This document shows, piece after piece, positions 48,102 through 61,600 of a stretch of 64,000 nt of DNA (position 1 is the first letter of the stretch; each line of letters opens with the position of its first letter). The notes under the pieces were generated by a model. That model was not told the DNA's origin and made no database searches. It saw nothing but the letters and a program-made list of their open reading frames with translations. Source of the stretch: Macrostomum hystrix (lineage: Eukaryota > Animalia > Platyhelminthes); NCBI GenBank assembly GCA_950097015.1, contig CATNEN010000038.1, forward strand, positions 14,818,001 through 14,882,000. The letters run 5' to 3'. The translations under genes were made by a program, and so were the position numbers.

Positions 48102-48808
48102 GAAGCGAATCGAACACGAATCACCTGCTGATAGTAACTGCACGATGCTTTTATGATAGAAATTAAACTAATTTGTTTACAAGTCAAAGTCATTAAGGAA
48201 ATTATAGTCAATTGTTGAAGCTCATCTATTGATAGCAACTGCACGAAGCTTTTTATGTGGAAACTAATTTAATTTGCTATAGGTTAAAATGTAATTTGAG
48301 TCAACAGTTGAAAGTAATTTTGACGGCACGTAGCAATGATAAGATTTGATTGCATAGGTATAGAGCTTTAATTATTGAATTTCATCATTCGGTAAACATC
48401 ACAAGTGAAAAATTTGAATAGTATAAATCTTTGTAGCTAGATTTTCTTGACTTTGAAGGGTTAATTAAATACACGTACTGCCTTAAAAGAAGCTTGTGGG
48501 TTTTCAGTAACATGATATTTTACTAAGTTAGCGAGAACGGTGTGTGGGAGGGAGAACTTAGATCTTAGTTTACTAAATTAATTTTTATAATGAACTGAAG
48601 CATACTGATTAAGCATATAGTTGTTGACGATAAAATGTTTGATATACTAGTCGAAAACATAATTTTAAATTATACGAGTTTTTTCGATTTCAGTTTTAAG
48701 TCGGTACGTTTATAGTAAACAGATTGGCTTTAGTCCCCTTTAGATATACATAGCTAGGTTAAGATATTACGAGCGTTGTTTCGGTTTAATTTTAGATAAT
48801 TTAGCAAA

Positions 48809-49299
48809 ATGGTTTCTCAAACACAAAGCTTAGTTTTAAATAATTTATTGACAAGCCACGCTAGAATTACACAACAAAATAGTCTATCTATTGGCAACCT
48901 TGTTAGAGGTTTAGTTTTAGTGCAGCAATCGCTTGACTCTATCAAGCTTGCAATTATCTTTTTGATGATAGCTATAACTTTACTAACTTTAGGATTAATT
49001 GTAATCATGATTCGACGTGTTAGACGTAATACTTCAACTTGTATATCAGAAGAAGGACAAGCTGGAGCTATGTAAGTATTGATTAAATAAATGCTTCTGC
49101 TGTATAAATCGGTTAATAAACTCTTTAGATTAAATAATATCCCCCATATTTGACTTTTAGAACCGACTGTTCGACTCTAGAAGTAAACAATGGGCAGGTA
49201 CATTCAATTACAATGACGCCACTTCAAGTAGCAATGTCAACACCAAAACCTGTCCTACTGATGAGCACCACTGAAGAGTCTGATGCAACTCTTGTCTAG
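48809..49299 (+). CDS. Spliced 133-aa single-pass membrane protein, join(48809..49071,49161..49299)
   Basis: TM segment LAIIFLMIAITLLTLGLIVIMI followed by RRVRR; AT|GTAAGT donor and ttttag|A acceptor in frame; ends ESDATLV*; AATAAA ~49426. Confidence 0.65.
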
Positions 49300-49965
49300 A
49301 CTTTAAGGTTTTTGTCAAGTGTAACAATATTTTTCATAGTGTCTATAAGATCAGTCTGATCACTACTTTAATTGATATATGTGAGCATGTGTGTGTGTGT
49401 GTGTGTGTGTATACATTTGCATTTAAATAAAGCGCAAGTTATTTTTATTAATAGGTATCTCATTGATTTTCAATGAATTATTGGTGTGTAATACAGGTAG
49501 TAGATTTTACTTAGTTTCATATTATTTCTATATCTCTGCATTTTTGTTTGAGCATCATTTATTTTTCATTTAGTGTATACAATGTAAAAAGTTTAAGTTT
49601 CATTATCATTCGTCTGATCTCTTGAAATACAGTAGCTTATCAATGATGACTGTTTAGGTAGGTCTGTCTTGAGAGTACTGTTAATGTGCTACAATTTTAT
49701 CTTAGGTTTAGCTTCTTATTCTTTCTTTAGGACTAGCATTTGATTAAAAGTAAAATTTGATCATTGATTTGCATACTTAAAAATGTTTTCTTTTGTAACA
49801 GACTAAAGCGAAAATATATTTTGTTAGTACAAGTATGTTTTGAGCAGAAAGAAAATCTTTTTTTTTGTATTGAGGTAAAGCATAAATATATTTACAGACT
49901 TCGATAAAATACAGTTATTGAGTCAATGCAAAATTATAAAAATGTTGATTTTTGTCATTTCTTCA

Positions 49966-50277
49966 TTAGTTAAGCTGTGACTGGATACTCAGCCAGGCTT
50001 CGACTTGGAATTCTAGTCGGCTACGCCACCAGGTTAGTCGTGTCGAGGCCCATGTCCTGACTTGTCGAGCTGCACTGCGTATTACACACTTCAGCCAGTA
50101 GCCGCGATTTCTTGTTGCAGATATCGTGTCCTCGGGCCAGCTCTCCTCGATGAAGCTTTCTAGCTCAGTTAAGAGCTTGACGAGTTGCACCCATTTACGA
50201 TTATTCATCTCCGTCTGATGAATTATAGATTGCTGGCTTCGCATTATCCCGACGATAGGAAGGTTGACAGAATTCAT
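49966..50277 (-). CDS. Hypothetical 103-aa Polinton protein
   Basis: ATG ORF in AT-rich context next to the right TIR, TATA-rich upstream. Confidence 0.45.
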   Translation of the reverse strand: MNSVNLPIVGIMRSQQSIIHQTEMNNRKWVQLVKLLTELESFIEESWPEDTISATRNRGYWLKCVIRSAARQVRTWASTRLTWWRSRLEFQVEAWLSIQSQLN

Positions 50278-50419
50278 TTCAATTCAAATCAATTCAATTC
50301 AATTCAATATCAATTCAATTCCTTGCTAATTCCAGCTTGAAGTTGTAGTTTGTCTTATAATCCTTGAAATATATATACTATCGGTAAATGGTAGGCACGT
50401 TTGAAGAGATGTGTGATTT

Positions 50420-50876
50420 TTAGCATGTGCGAAATTAAAGACAAATTGCTGCAGGAATGAAAAGCTTCGTGCTGAATCTGATGAATAAGAAAGTAACAAC
50501 ATTTTGTGACTGAATGATTTGGCGAGTTAGTGTAACAATCTCAATAATTCGACGTGCATTAACTCTCGACAGTGGCAACTTGCAATGAAACTGATTCAAC
50601 ATGCTCGTTTCAGAAAGTTGCTGCGTCTTTGAATTCTAACCTGCAAACTTAATGAGCAGTTAGTTGGACTAGGAATTTTTTAAACAACATGCCAAGGACA
50701 GATAGAGAAGAGAGAGAGAGAGAGAGATTTTTGACTTAGAAAATTCCTCGTGCGAGTTAGGACTTAGAAATTTTTTGGAGCGTTTTGAGTTAAATGTATA
50801 GGTATTTCCTATGCGGTACTACCTATGTATTTCTCCATAAGGAAAACGCGTTTGTTTCATATTTTTTTATACTACT
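50420..50876 (-). repeat. Right terminal inverted repeat
   Basis: Reverse complement of 33010-~33515. Confidence 0.9.
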
Positions 50877-52559
50877 TCCCTGAGGTACCGGGCGAGAAGC
50901 TGGATGCTCTCGGGCCTGCAAACGTATGTAGAGATTTTGTCGAAGTTATTTTATCAATGCATGCCCTCGTAAAGACTGGGCAACGACAGAAAAAAGTGTT
51001 ACGCATTTTCACGAAGGACTGCAGGGCAGAAAAGACACAGCTCCATGGAATCTGGGCCCGGAAGAAGAGGCGAAAACAAAAGCAGCTGAGTCCTAAAAAA
51101 GACCATATATATACTGACTGCTTTGACGTCCCTGACGTCCCTGAGAGCTGACGGCGGCCCTAGACTGCACTGGCGACTGTTCTGGGTTTTGGACCACGAA
51201 CCACAGCTCCTGGTGTTTGGATTTTATCCAGATCGCGCCTTACTACTCGTGTACTAGATGGGATCGGGGCCTTGACTCCCGGGCCGGTCCGGGAGCCTTC
51301 TCGTTTCTCAGCCGTGAAGCCCCCCGCGCATGCCCTTGGAGGAGAGCCTGTTAAGTTGACGGTTGCAATCTAGGGTGATTTTGGAGTTGGTAGAAGGACC
51401 AACGAAAGCCTTGAGGGAAGCCCATGACTATCAGAATGAAAAAAAAGATCTTCCGCCCAGAAATCCCTCTTCTCTGGTGCATCTCTGCCGCGCTGAAACA
51501 GATGGTGAGCATCTCCGTTCTGAAAAACACTAGCTGGAATCGTGCCGGCATTGCATTAGAGACGAAAGACCTCGCCAAGTGTAAAGGCCGAAGATGCCGT
51601 TCATCATATGGAGCCATCAGTACAACGACTGAATGTCTAGGGTCTATACGAAATTTTACTGCTACAGACCGCCAACAGACGTCAATAGACCGTCAACAGA
51701 CGTCACGTACACAAACCTATTAAAGAATAACATATAGACTCGAAGCGTGTCGACTTCCCATCATTTCCGGTAAATTCTACTTTATGCAGCAACAATGGAG
51801 CGATTAATTTAAAGAAATTAGCTGGCAGTCGATCTGCAGCACTGTTGGACGCTTTCAACAGTTTCTAGCGCATCTGGTTGATTTTATAAGGCCGTATTTG
51901 GAGACAGTGCGCAAAAAAGACATAATTGTCAACTGCATCCTGCAGACTGTGGCGATTTTTATTGGGTTTTTATAGCCACTGGAGCGCAAAAACTGTACTT
52001 GCGGAGAAAAATGCGCCATTTTCCATTGCTGGATACAGACGCGCAACAACTATTATAAGAGTCTGGCGTCGACCAAAATGAAATTTTCCCAAAGAATCTT
52101 CTATTCAACGCTCAATTAACGACACCATCCCTCGGTAGCCGTGCTTTTCTTAAATGAGATCGTCTTGCAGTGGCTTGCATCTATTTTAGAGTTCGAAATT
52201 AATACAATTTAATCTCCATCTATTACTTAAGGAATTAATACTCAGAATGTTTTCGTTTATATTTTTTACGGATTTAAACCATGTATTGGATATTGAAATT
52301 AACAAATTACATTGGCAGTTTTTGCAAAGTAAGATTTTAAAGGTGAAGAAATTATTTATAACAACATTTTAAAAACATTTGTATTTGTATACAGCTTATA
52401 TAAAATACATTGTAAAATGTTTACTATGATTGCTTTATTTTATTTAACAGGTTCATTTTTACACGAAATAAAATAAATAACATTCATTTGCTTATATTGT
52501 TTAGTTTTTTAGTCCTCAATTTTTTGCCAAAAACAACTCAATTATTTTGCGAATCTATT

Positions 52560-55500
52560 ATGGAAAATGAAGATGAAACAAGCCCACTTCTTGATAACAA
52601 GTCTCCTACGTTAAATTCGGTCGGTGGAGACGTATCAACAAACGATAACCAAGGTAATTCTTACAATTCGCCTTTAATAAACAGTACTACCTAGCACCCA
52701 AGATTTTTCATGTATTTTAGCCAATAGAGCAATAATAATTCATAATACAACTACGACTAGTCCTAGTACATATGATTCCATGAAGGCCTAGTAAAAAGCA
52801 ATTTAGACTTTCAAGTAGATTATTCTCATACATATTAGTCCAGTCCATGTAACTTAATATTCCTCTATATAAATCACCTAGAAGGACTTGTTAGTTTAAA
52901 AAAAGTGTTTTTTATTACCATTATTTTTTTTATTTTACATAGTTATGCCATACATTTTGTATACTACTCTACATTACTCAACAATAGGGCATCATTGTGA
53001 TTTAGTATCACTTAGAAATTTATCACTATTTGGTAGCACAACAAACACAACAGTATTTTTAGGTGGACCGAAGTATCGCTAAAATGAAATTAACCATATG
53101 CATCTGCTAATTAATAATAGCAGAAAGCGATTAAAATATTATACAACAAATTATTCCTCACAAATATTTTAAACTATTTTTTACCAGTGGCCTACACAGA
53201 TTATTAGTAAATTTTAGCATATTCCATCTGTATCTAATGTGTAAAATATTTTATATAGCTATATTAGCATTTTTGAAAAACTGAGCAAAAAGGCTTACTG
53301 TTTAACTTTGGATTTGTGTTTTCATATCTAAACTTTGTAAAAGCTTTTTTAAAGTTGTAGGTGCTTAGCTAAATAGGACACTGATCATAAAATATTTGTA
53401 TTAAAAAACAGATTATCAAGTTCAGCCTTCTTTAATAAATGTAATATATTCTTGATGTATTCTAGGTATACATTCTCTTCTTGTTACTTTTTTATAATTA
53501 AAAAATCTTGTAGTCACTTAATTTACTTTCTACTTATTTCATAAGCAAGTTATTTTCTGTCTTTTAGGCTGCTCACCATGCAACCCGCATTCTCCAATCC
53601 ACCGCTATGTGGCTCTGTCATTCATGTGCTTCCTATCCTTTGGTTCTTATTTTTGCTACGACAATCCTGGTGCACTGCAAGATGTTATGACCAGAGATCT
53701 GAACCTGAACACACAGCAGTACTCATCATTCTATGCCTGGTACTCGTGGCCAAACGTGGTGCTGTCAATGATTGGTGGCTATTTGATTGATCGAGTGTTT
53801 GGGATTCGTCTAGGCGCCATCATCTTTGCCAGCTTTTGCCTAGTTGGACAGCTGCTATTTGCTCTTGGCGCTTACATAAATCAGGTCTGTTTTGAAAATT
53901 TCACTGATCACTTTAGTTTACATAAAATTTGTTAGAATTCAGTAATATTTTTCTTTGGCTTTTCAACTTGTGTTACTTTTCCATAAATTGATTTCTTAAT
54001 TTCCATTTTCCAAGTTTAAATTCGGTGATTTCCAAGATTTCTTTCGATTTTTAAATAGAGTGATTATGATCCTCCTATTCCTAGGTTGGCTGATTTAAAA
54101 TTTGCTTCATTCTCAGGTTAAATGATTACAAATTTGCTTCGATTCCCAAGTTAGATGATTACAAAATTGCTTCGATTCTCAGGTTGAACGATTACAAATT
54201 TGCTTCGATTCCCAGGTTAGGTAAATACGAATTTATTTTGATTAATTTTTAGAGATTTCAAGGTTTTTTATTATTTTTGCTCTGAAAACTTCAATTGGAG
54301 TTCAATAAAAGTCGCTTAAAACTTGACAACAATCTAGGTGTTTAACTTATTAGATGACGAGGCATTCTATATTGAATTTGAATACATAACTGCTCACGCC
54401 GTTTACTCAGAAACAAGATTGAAATTGTTTGCCGCAGGTGTGGCTAATGGACGCGGCCAGATTTGTATTCGGCATCGGCGGTGAGAGCCTAGCCGTGGCA
54501 CAGAACACTTACGCCACTTCCTGGTTTCGAGGCCACGAATTAAACATGGTGTTTGGCATTCAGCTAAGCATGTCTCGAATTGGCAGCACAGTTAATATGA
54601 ACATCATGCAGCCGGTCTATCATGCCCTGGATGGCAAGTTCTCTCAGCCCTATATGCAGCTGGGCATGGCACTGTTCCTGGCCGCATTCACCTGCATTCT
54701 GTCACTCGCTTGTGCCTTCGTGCTAGCCTACATCGATAGGAGAGCCAAACGGATTCTGGGACAAGACGCTGGTAGCACTGGTGAGCGGCTGCTTTGGTAG
54801 TTCACATTTTGATAATCATTTTTTAAACTGAACATTAAACTTTAAACTTCGGCTACTAGGCACTAAAATCTAGCCACTATTTGTGTTTTTTGATACATAT
54901 CGGCATTGGCAAAATGAAGAACCTCCAATCCCGCCATCACTGTGTCTTTCAGCGCGTCTTTCTTTTCTGTGTTTCACTTCTCCCCAGTTTCGTCTTCTTC
55001 TCTGTCTCATCTATCCCCTGACTCATCTCTCCTTCATTTTTATCTCTTTCCTGTTTCTTTCATGTTTCATTTCATTTGCACATCATTTGGTGACACTGGA
55101 CCCGCAGCCAGCCAGGAGGTAATTCTGCTAATTTCGCTGACTCCTGAGCACACACGCACACAGATACTGTAAGCAGGCATACTCTCACACAGGTGTGTAC
55201 ATCTGCCCTGACTTTCTCATCATCAGGCAGTGCACACTCTCACTGTGCCTTGGAGGTTGGCCCCTCACAAGGGTGTAAATTGCACGTCAAGCCACCAAAG
55301 CCTTCTCTCCGCGGCTGCGCCCCAAATGAATGTGGCCTCGCCGCGAAATCGAGCCCAGGAGCTGAAGTTTCTCGAACTTATCAGTCTATTTTAAGTAGAA
55401 ACGCGCGCTTCTTACACATTTTTTAGGCGAGAAAATCCAGTTGTCTGACATAATTAAATTTCCGGCCGCTATTTGGCTCCTGTGCGGCATCTGCGTTGCC

Positions 55501-56571
55501 TATTACGTCAGCGTTTTTCCGTTCATCAGTCTGGGCCAGGTGTTTTTCGAGCGCAAATTTGATTACAATCCAACGCAGGCAGACGCGGTCAATAGCCTGC
55601 CTTATATCGTCAGCGCTATCGCTAGTCCAATCTGCGGCTTCCTTATCGATCGCACCGGGCGCAACATCATGTGGGTTATGTTTGGCAGCCTCATGACAAT
55701 GGGATGCCACGCTTGTCTGGCATTCACCTTCAATCTGAGCCCCTACGCCATCATGATCTGGCTGGGCATCAGTTACTCATTCCTAGCCGCATCCTTGTGG
55801 CCACTTGTGTCCTATTGTCTGCCCAACCACATGCTGGGCACAGCCTATGGTATTATGCAATCAATTCAGAACCTAGGCCTGGCTCTGATCAATCAGGTAA
55901 GGTACTTGATAGCTAGACTAGTTAGATTAACAGTAGGACTGTTAAGGCTGCGTACGGCTGTTCAGTCCATGGACTGGGGGGACGCCACACCCACCTTCAA
56001 TTATCCCAGCTAATGCTGGTACCCATTTAACGGCTGGGTGAACTGAAGCAATGTAGAGTTAAGTGTCTTGCTAAAGTACACAAATTGTTTCAGTGGAGTC
56101 GGGAATCGAACCCCCGACCTTCAAGTCGTGAGTCCGACGCCCTAACCACTAGGCTACAACCTCACTGTCTGATAAGTATGTTAACTAAGCAGACTTTATT
56201 AACTCCTTAAACTAAAAGAATGAACTGGAAAGAATTAAACTGAGATTTTAATATTGTACTAAATAATTTATGCAATATTGATAATATTTGCATAACTTAT
56301 TTGACTATGTAAATCGAAAGTAGTCAAAATAGATGAACAACTATACCCGCAGGTATCCGGACTCATAGTGGACTCAAAGGGCTACCTAATCCTTGAGGTG
56401 TTCTTCCTAGCCTGGCTGTGCTTGGCGTTAATCTTTGGCGCCATTCTGTACCTGTGGGATGTTTCTAAACTCGGCGGCCAATTAAACAAATCCGCTAGCG
56501 CCAGAAGACGCGAAGCGGAGCTGGCTAAATTAGCTCAAGAAGCCGCGTCCAAAGCTGCTGAGGATGCTTGA
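52560..56571 (+). CDS. MFSD1: Lysosomal MFS transporter MFSD1; exons 52560-52653, 53568-53884, 54438-54780, 55427-55896, 56353-56571
   Basis: N-terminal ETSPLL dileucine motif; MCFLSFGSYFCYDNPGALQ, YAWYSWPNVVL, FGIGGESLAVAQNTY, GTAYGIMQSIQNLGLA; canonical GT-AG sites. Confidence 0.95.
55078..55350 (-). mobile_element. SINE family B (partial)
   Basis: Near-identical to 58085-58330. Confidence 0.8.
55950..56161 (-). mobile_element. Uninterrupted tRNA/CORE-like SINE (family A)
   Basis: Reverse complement reads ggttgtagcctagtggttagggcg..ggttcgattccc (A/B boxes) then gcaagacacttaact..cagttcacccagc..aaatgggtacc (CORE-like). Confidence 0.8.
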
Positions 56572-56739
56572 CTTGCTGGAAGGCAATGGTGTGTGCTAAG
56601 GACATGACAGATTGACACAAGCGGTCCTTGATTTTTTCCAATTTTAACCACGATCTTTTCCAAGCGGCATCGTCCATTTCAAACGAAATTTAAGTAAAGG
56701 ACGAACTAAAATTAAGGAATAGACTAGATTACTCGAGTG

Positions 56740-57400
56740 TCTTATCTCTCCCCAGTCTTATCTCCCTCTCCTGTCTAATCTCTCCCCTGTCCCATTTCTA
56801 GCGTGTCTCATCTCTCCCCAGTCTTATCTCCCTCTCCTGTCTAATCTCTCCCCTGTCCCATTTCTCGCGTGTCTCATCTCTCCCCTGTCTCATCTCTCCC
56901 CTGTCACATTTCTCGCGTGTCTCATCTCTCTGTGTCTCATCTCTCCCCTGTCACATTTCTCGCGTGTCTCATCTCTCCCCTGTCTCATCTCTCCGTGTCT
57001 CATCTCTACCCTGTCTCATCTCTCCGTGTCTCATCTCTCCACTGTCTCATCTCTCCGTGTCTCATCTCTTCCCTGTCTCATCTCTCCGCTGTCTTATCTC
57101 TCCGCTGTCTCATCTCTCTCCTGCCTCATCTCTCTCCTGCCTCATCTCTCCCCTGTCTCATCTCTCTCCTGCCTCATCTCTCCCATGTCTCATCTTTCCG
57201 TGTCTCATCTCTCCGTGTCTCATCTCTCCGTGTCTCATCTCTCTCCGGTCTCATCTCCCCGTGTCTCATCTCCCCGTGTCTCATCTCTCCCCTGTCTCAT
57301 CTCTCCGTGTCTCATCTCTCCGTGTCTCATCTCTCCGTGTCTCATCTCTACCCTGTCTCATTTCTCTCGTGTCTTGTCCCTGTTTCCTGTCCCATCTGTT
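56740..57400. repeat. ctcatctctcccctgt-type 17-19-bp minisatellite
   Basis: Reverse complement of the repeat inside the hAT MITE at 22250-22675. Confidence 0.9.
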
Positions 57401-58044
57401 ACCTGTTTAATCTCTTCCTCATATCTTCTTCCTTATATTTCCTCATTCATGTCTTATCTACTAATTGCTTTATTGTCAGATTTTTTATATTAATGGAAAG
57501 CTAAGAACATTCTTATCTAAAAAAGAGTCCCCTATCCGTATTCCCATCCAGATTCTCAGTAGACAATTCTTACCCTCAGTAGAACTACGAGTAATTGTTA
57601 GCGGACGATGCTGTCTTTCGGTACAATATTTTAATCCCAGTCGAATTCGAAGGTAAAAGTGTGTTTTATAATTTTTGATTCGGAAATTTTGAGGCGTTAC
57701 AATTTTTTTCTTGTATTTAAATTTTACTATTTTCAATTGCATTGCTATATTAATTTAGCACAACATTTTCTCCGATTATCCGAATAACTTTTATATAGTG
57801 ATTTTAAAAGTGGAGTTTTTTAATTCTACGCATTGTCTTTCTTAATTCGAACAAAATATGTATTGTTTTATTGCGTAAAACGTTATCGATTAAAATGCAA
57901 TGATCTTTTCTATTATACAAATCTTTCATTTTGCTTATTTTGTTTTGTCGTTTTTGTCGTCTTTTCTGAACCGTTCATTCTAGCTTATTCGTAAATAAGA
58001 TGCTTTCCCTATTTATAGATGAGATGCATTGTAATAATAATAAT

Positions 58045-58388
58045 TAAAATAATAATAATTGCAGCAGGGCTGCGGGCAATGGCGCATCATTTGGTGACAC
58101 TAGACCCGCAGCCAGCGAGGAGGCAATTCTGCCCATTATGCTGACTCTTGAGCACACACTCACACTCACACAGGTGTGTACATCTGCCCTGACTTTCTCA
58201 TTGTCAGGCAGTGCACACTCTCACTGTGCCTTGGAGGTTGGCCCCTCGCAAGGGTGTAAATTGCACGTCAAGCCACCAAAGCCTTCTCTCCGCGGCTGCG
58301 CCCCAAATGAATTTGGCCTCGACGCGGAAACGAACTCGGGGACTTTAGGGACTCAGGATAGGCAAACGCGTTAGACCGCTCTGCCACT
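58045..58388 (-). mobile_element. SINE family B with tRNA-like head, 3' stem-loop and (TTA)n tail
   Basis: Head agtggcagagcggtctaacgcg...gagttcgtttc; homologous to 55078-55350 and 61130-61478. Confidence 0.8.
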
Positions 58389-58606
58389 CACCTCTGATCC
58401 GTCTTCCTATTTCGGCCTTTTGACAGTTGATGTCCTTCCATTATAAGGAAATGATAGTTGAAATAATTACCTGTTGATTAGATAAGATTTCCTCATACAT
58501 ATATTCCTGAATGTATGCATTTCAGATTTTCGCCTGAAAGACTTAATTTATGAAGTATCAAGTGTAAATTTAGATTTTTATCCTGTCCAATTAAACCCAC
58601 GCTGGC

Positions 58607-61600
58607 ATGCCGGACTCGTCAAGTTCGTTTCGTGGCTACCTGTCATTCCTAACCCGACATCATGTTGCCGTGTTCCTGTTGACCTTCTTCTGCTACGGCT
58701 TCTTTCACGCCAGCAGGAAAGCTGTGAGCACAGTGAAAGATGCGCTAATTAAAGAATGGACCGAACCAGTTAGCAACTATACTCTGGAGCCCGAGGCTAA
58801 TTGGCAAAGGCCTCCGCTGTTTTCCAGTGCCAGCAAAGCTAAAGAATTCACGGGCGTTCTTGACTCCTGCTTTCTGTTGGCCTATTCGTTTGGACTCTAT
58901 CTTAGTGGAATTCTGGGAGACAGGTAGCTGCACATTGTTTGTATGCGTCTGCCTGTCTACTAGTCTGTTCTTCCTGCCTGCTTTTCTGTTCTACCTGTCT
59001 ACTAGTCTGTTCTTCCTGTCTACTAGTCTGTTCTTCCTGCCTGCTTTTCTGTTCTACCTGTCTACTAGTCTGTTCTTCCTGCCTGCTTTTCTGTTCTACC
59101 TGTCTACTAGTCTGTTCTTCCTGCCTGCTTTTCTGTTCTACCTGTCTACTAGTCTGTTCTTTCTGCCTGCTTTTCTGTTCTACCTGTCTACTAGTCTGTT
59201 CTTCCTGCCTGCTTTTCTGTTCTACCTGTCTACTAGTCTGTTCTTCCTGCCTGCTTTTCTATGCCACCTCTATGCTTGTCCATTGTATCTGTCAATCTGC
59301 CGGAATTCTTGTCACTCAATCAAACTGCTTGCCTGCTTCATAATCTACTTGCATGCTTATTAATCTACCTGTCCACTAATCAATATGCTAGTCTACTAGA
59401 TTATCAACCTACCAGTAATCAATCGACCGGTCGACTTATTAATCTAAAAGTCTACCTATCAATCTGCCTGTATACCTATCAATCTACCTGTATACCTATC
59501 AATCTGCCTGTATACCTATCAATCTACCTGTATACCTATCAATCTACCTGTATACCTATCAATCTACCAGTCTACCTATCAATCTACCTGTCTACTAATC
59601 AAGCTACCAGTATACCTATCAATCTACAAGTCTACCTATCGATCTACTAGTCTTACCTATCAATCTACTAGTCTACCTATCAATCTACTAGTCTACCTAT
59701 CAATCTACTAGTCTACCTATCAATATACTCGTCTATCTATCAATATACTAGTCTACCTATCAATCTATTAGTCTACCTATCAATCTACGAGATAACTAGT
59801 CTACCTATCAATCTACCTATATACCTATCAATCTACCTGTATACCTATCAATCTAACAGTCTACCTATCAATCTACCTGTCTACCTATCAATCTACTAGT
59901 CTACCTATCAATCTACCTGTCTACCTATCAATCTACCTGTCTGCCTATCGATCTACCAGTCTACTAATCTGCCCACGCACTCTCCAATCAATCCAGATAC
60001 GACAATCGCTACCTGATGGCAGGCGGTATGGCCGGCAGTGCGGTTACTGTATTCCTATTCGGTTATGCCACCGAGCTAATTCATCTGTACAGTGTGCCAG
60101 TGTATGTCACGCTGTGGCTGGCAAACGGCCTATTCCAATCGGTCGGCTGGCCCTGCTGCGTTGCCATCATCGGCAAATGGTTCCCGGAGAGAACCCACGG
60201 CTTTGTCTTCGGCGTATGGAGCAGCTGCGCCTCGGTTGGCAATATCATCGGCAACAGTCTGGCCGCTCTAGTTGTGGACTACGGCTACGATTTGTGCTTC
60301 CTAGTGCCTGCCAGTCTGTTGCTAGGCGGCGCCTGTATAATCCTCGCCGGCCTGATCCCGGATCCCATCGAACTGCAGAAGCCCATTGTTAGACGATTGT
60401 CAGCTGACAATGATGAAAATCAAAGGACCGAAGCGGCGCCAACCGATTCTAGCCCGCTGCTAGGCAACGTTGAGTTGACATTAGCAACCGCGGGACAGCG
60501 ACCTCCGCCGTTGGGTGTGCTGAGGGCCCTGAAAATCGAAGGTGTGGTGCTGTTCGCACTGTCCTATGCCTGCCTGAAGCTGGTTAATTATGCGTTCTTC
60601 TTCTGGCTGCCGTTGTACATTCAGGAGAAGTACGGCTGGACTAACGCATTCAGCGATCAACTATCTAGCTGGTGAGGTGGCCGATGTCTTGATTTTAGTG
60701 CAGCATTCGGCCCACTGGCTCACTAGAGAGTTATGTGGCTGACGCTAGGATGCGAGGTGGGTGACGCTAGGGAGTGAGGTGGGTGACTTGGGAGTGAGGT
60801 GGGTGACTAGAGAGTGAGGTGGGTGACTAGTGAGGTAGGTGTGTGACTAGGGAGGTAGGTGTGTGACTAGGGAGGTAGGTGTGTGACTAGGGAGGTAGGT
60901 GGGTGACTAGGGAGGTAGGTGGGTGACTAGGGAGGTAGGTGTGTGACTAGGGAGGTAGGTGGGTGACTAGGGAGGTAGGTGTGTGACTAGGGAGGTAGGT
61001 GGGTGACTAGGGAGGTAGGTGGGTGACTAGGGAGGTAGGTGGGTGACTAGGGAGGTAGGTGGGTGACTAGGGAGGTAGGTGGGTGACTAGGGAGGTAGGT
61101 GGGTGACTAGGGAGGTAGGTGGGTGACACTAGTGATTGACGTGGGTAATGCGTTTGCCTCTCGCACCAAGGTCCCTAAGCTCGATTTCACGCCGAGGGAA
61201 AATTTATCTAGGGCGCCGACGCGGATAGAAGGCTTGGGGGCTTGATTTTGCCTCCCTGAGGGCCAACCTCCAAGGCATAGTGAAACTGTGCACTACCTGA
61301 CGATGAGAAAGCCCGTACAGATGTACACACCTGTGCGGGCGTGTGCCTGCGTACAGAATCTGTACGTGTGTGTTTAGGAGTCAGCGAAAGTAGTAGAACG
61401 GCCTCCTCGCTAGCTGTGGGTCCGATGTCACCAAATGATGTGCCATTGGTCGCAGGCCTCTTTCAATTATTATTATATTTATATTTTTCATTATTAATAA
61501 ATGAACGTTGCTGATTAAATAGATTTCAATTATGTTTCAGTGAGATGTTGTCCAACATACTCTACTTAAAGTAGCAGTGTAAAGATTTTATTCGTTTATG

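Larger units (their letters stand above)
33010..50876 (-). mobile_element. Polinton/Maverick (adintovirus-like endogenous dsDNA virus), complete, 17,867 bp
   Basis: AGTAGT...ACTACT termini, TIRs, 6-bp TSD tccctg (33004-33009 and 50877-50882); full core gene set with open ORFs. Confidence 0.97.

Noticed and set aside
50825-51151. 108-aa ORF
   Set aside because: Spans the TIR/flank junction; chance product of the insertion
56085-56161. Functional tRNA gene
   Set aside because: Continues into a repeated SINE body seen at other loci; no Pol III terminator
61290-61400. Hammerhead ribozyme in SINE B (CTGACGA/CTGATGA...GAAA)
   Set aside because: No convincing stem II/III could be built, and the core differs in the 58045-58388 copy
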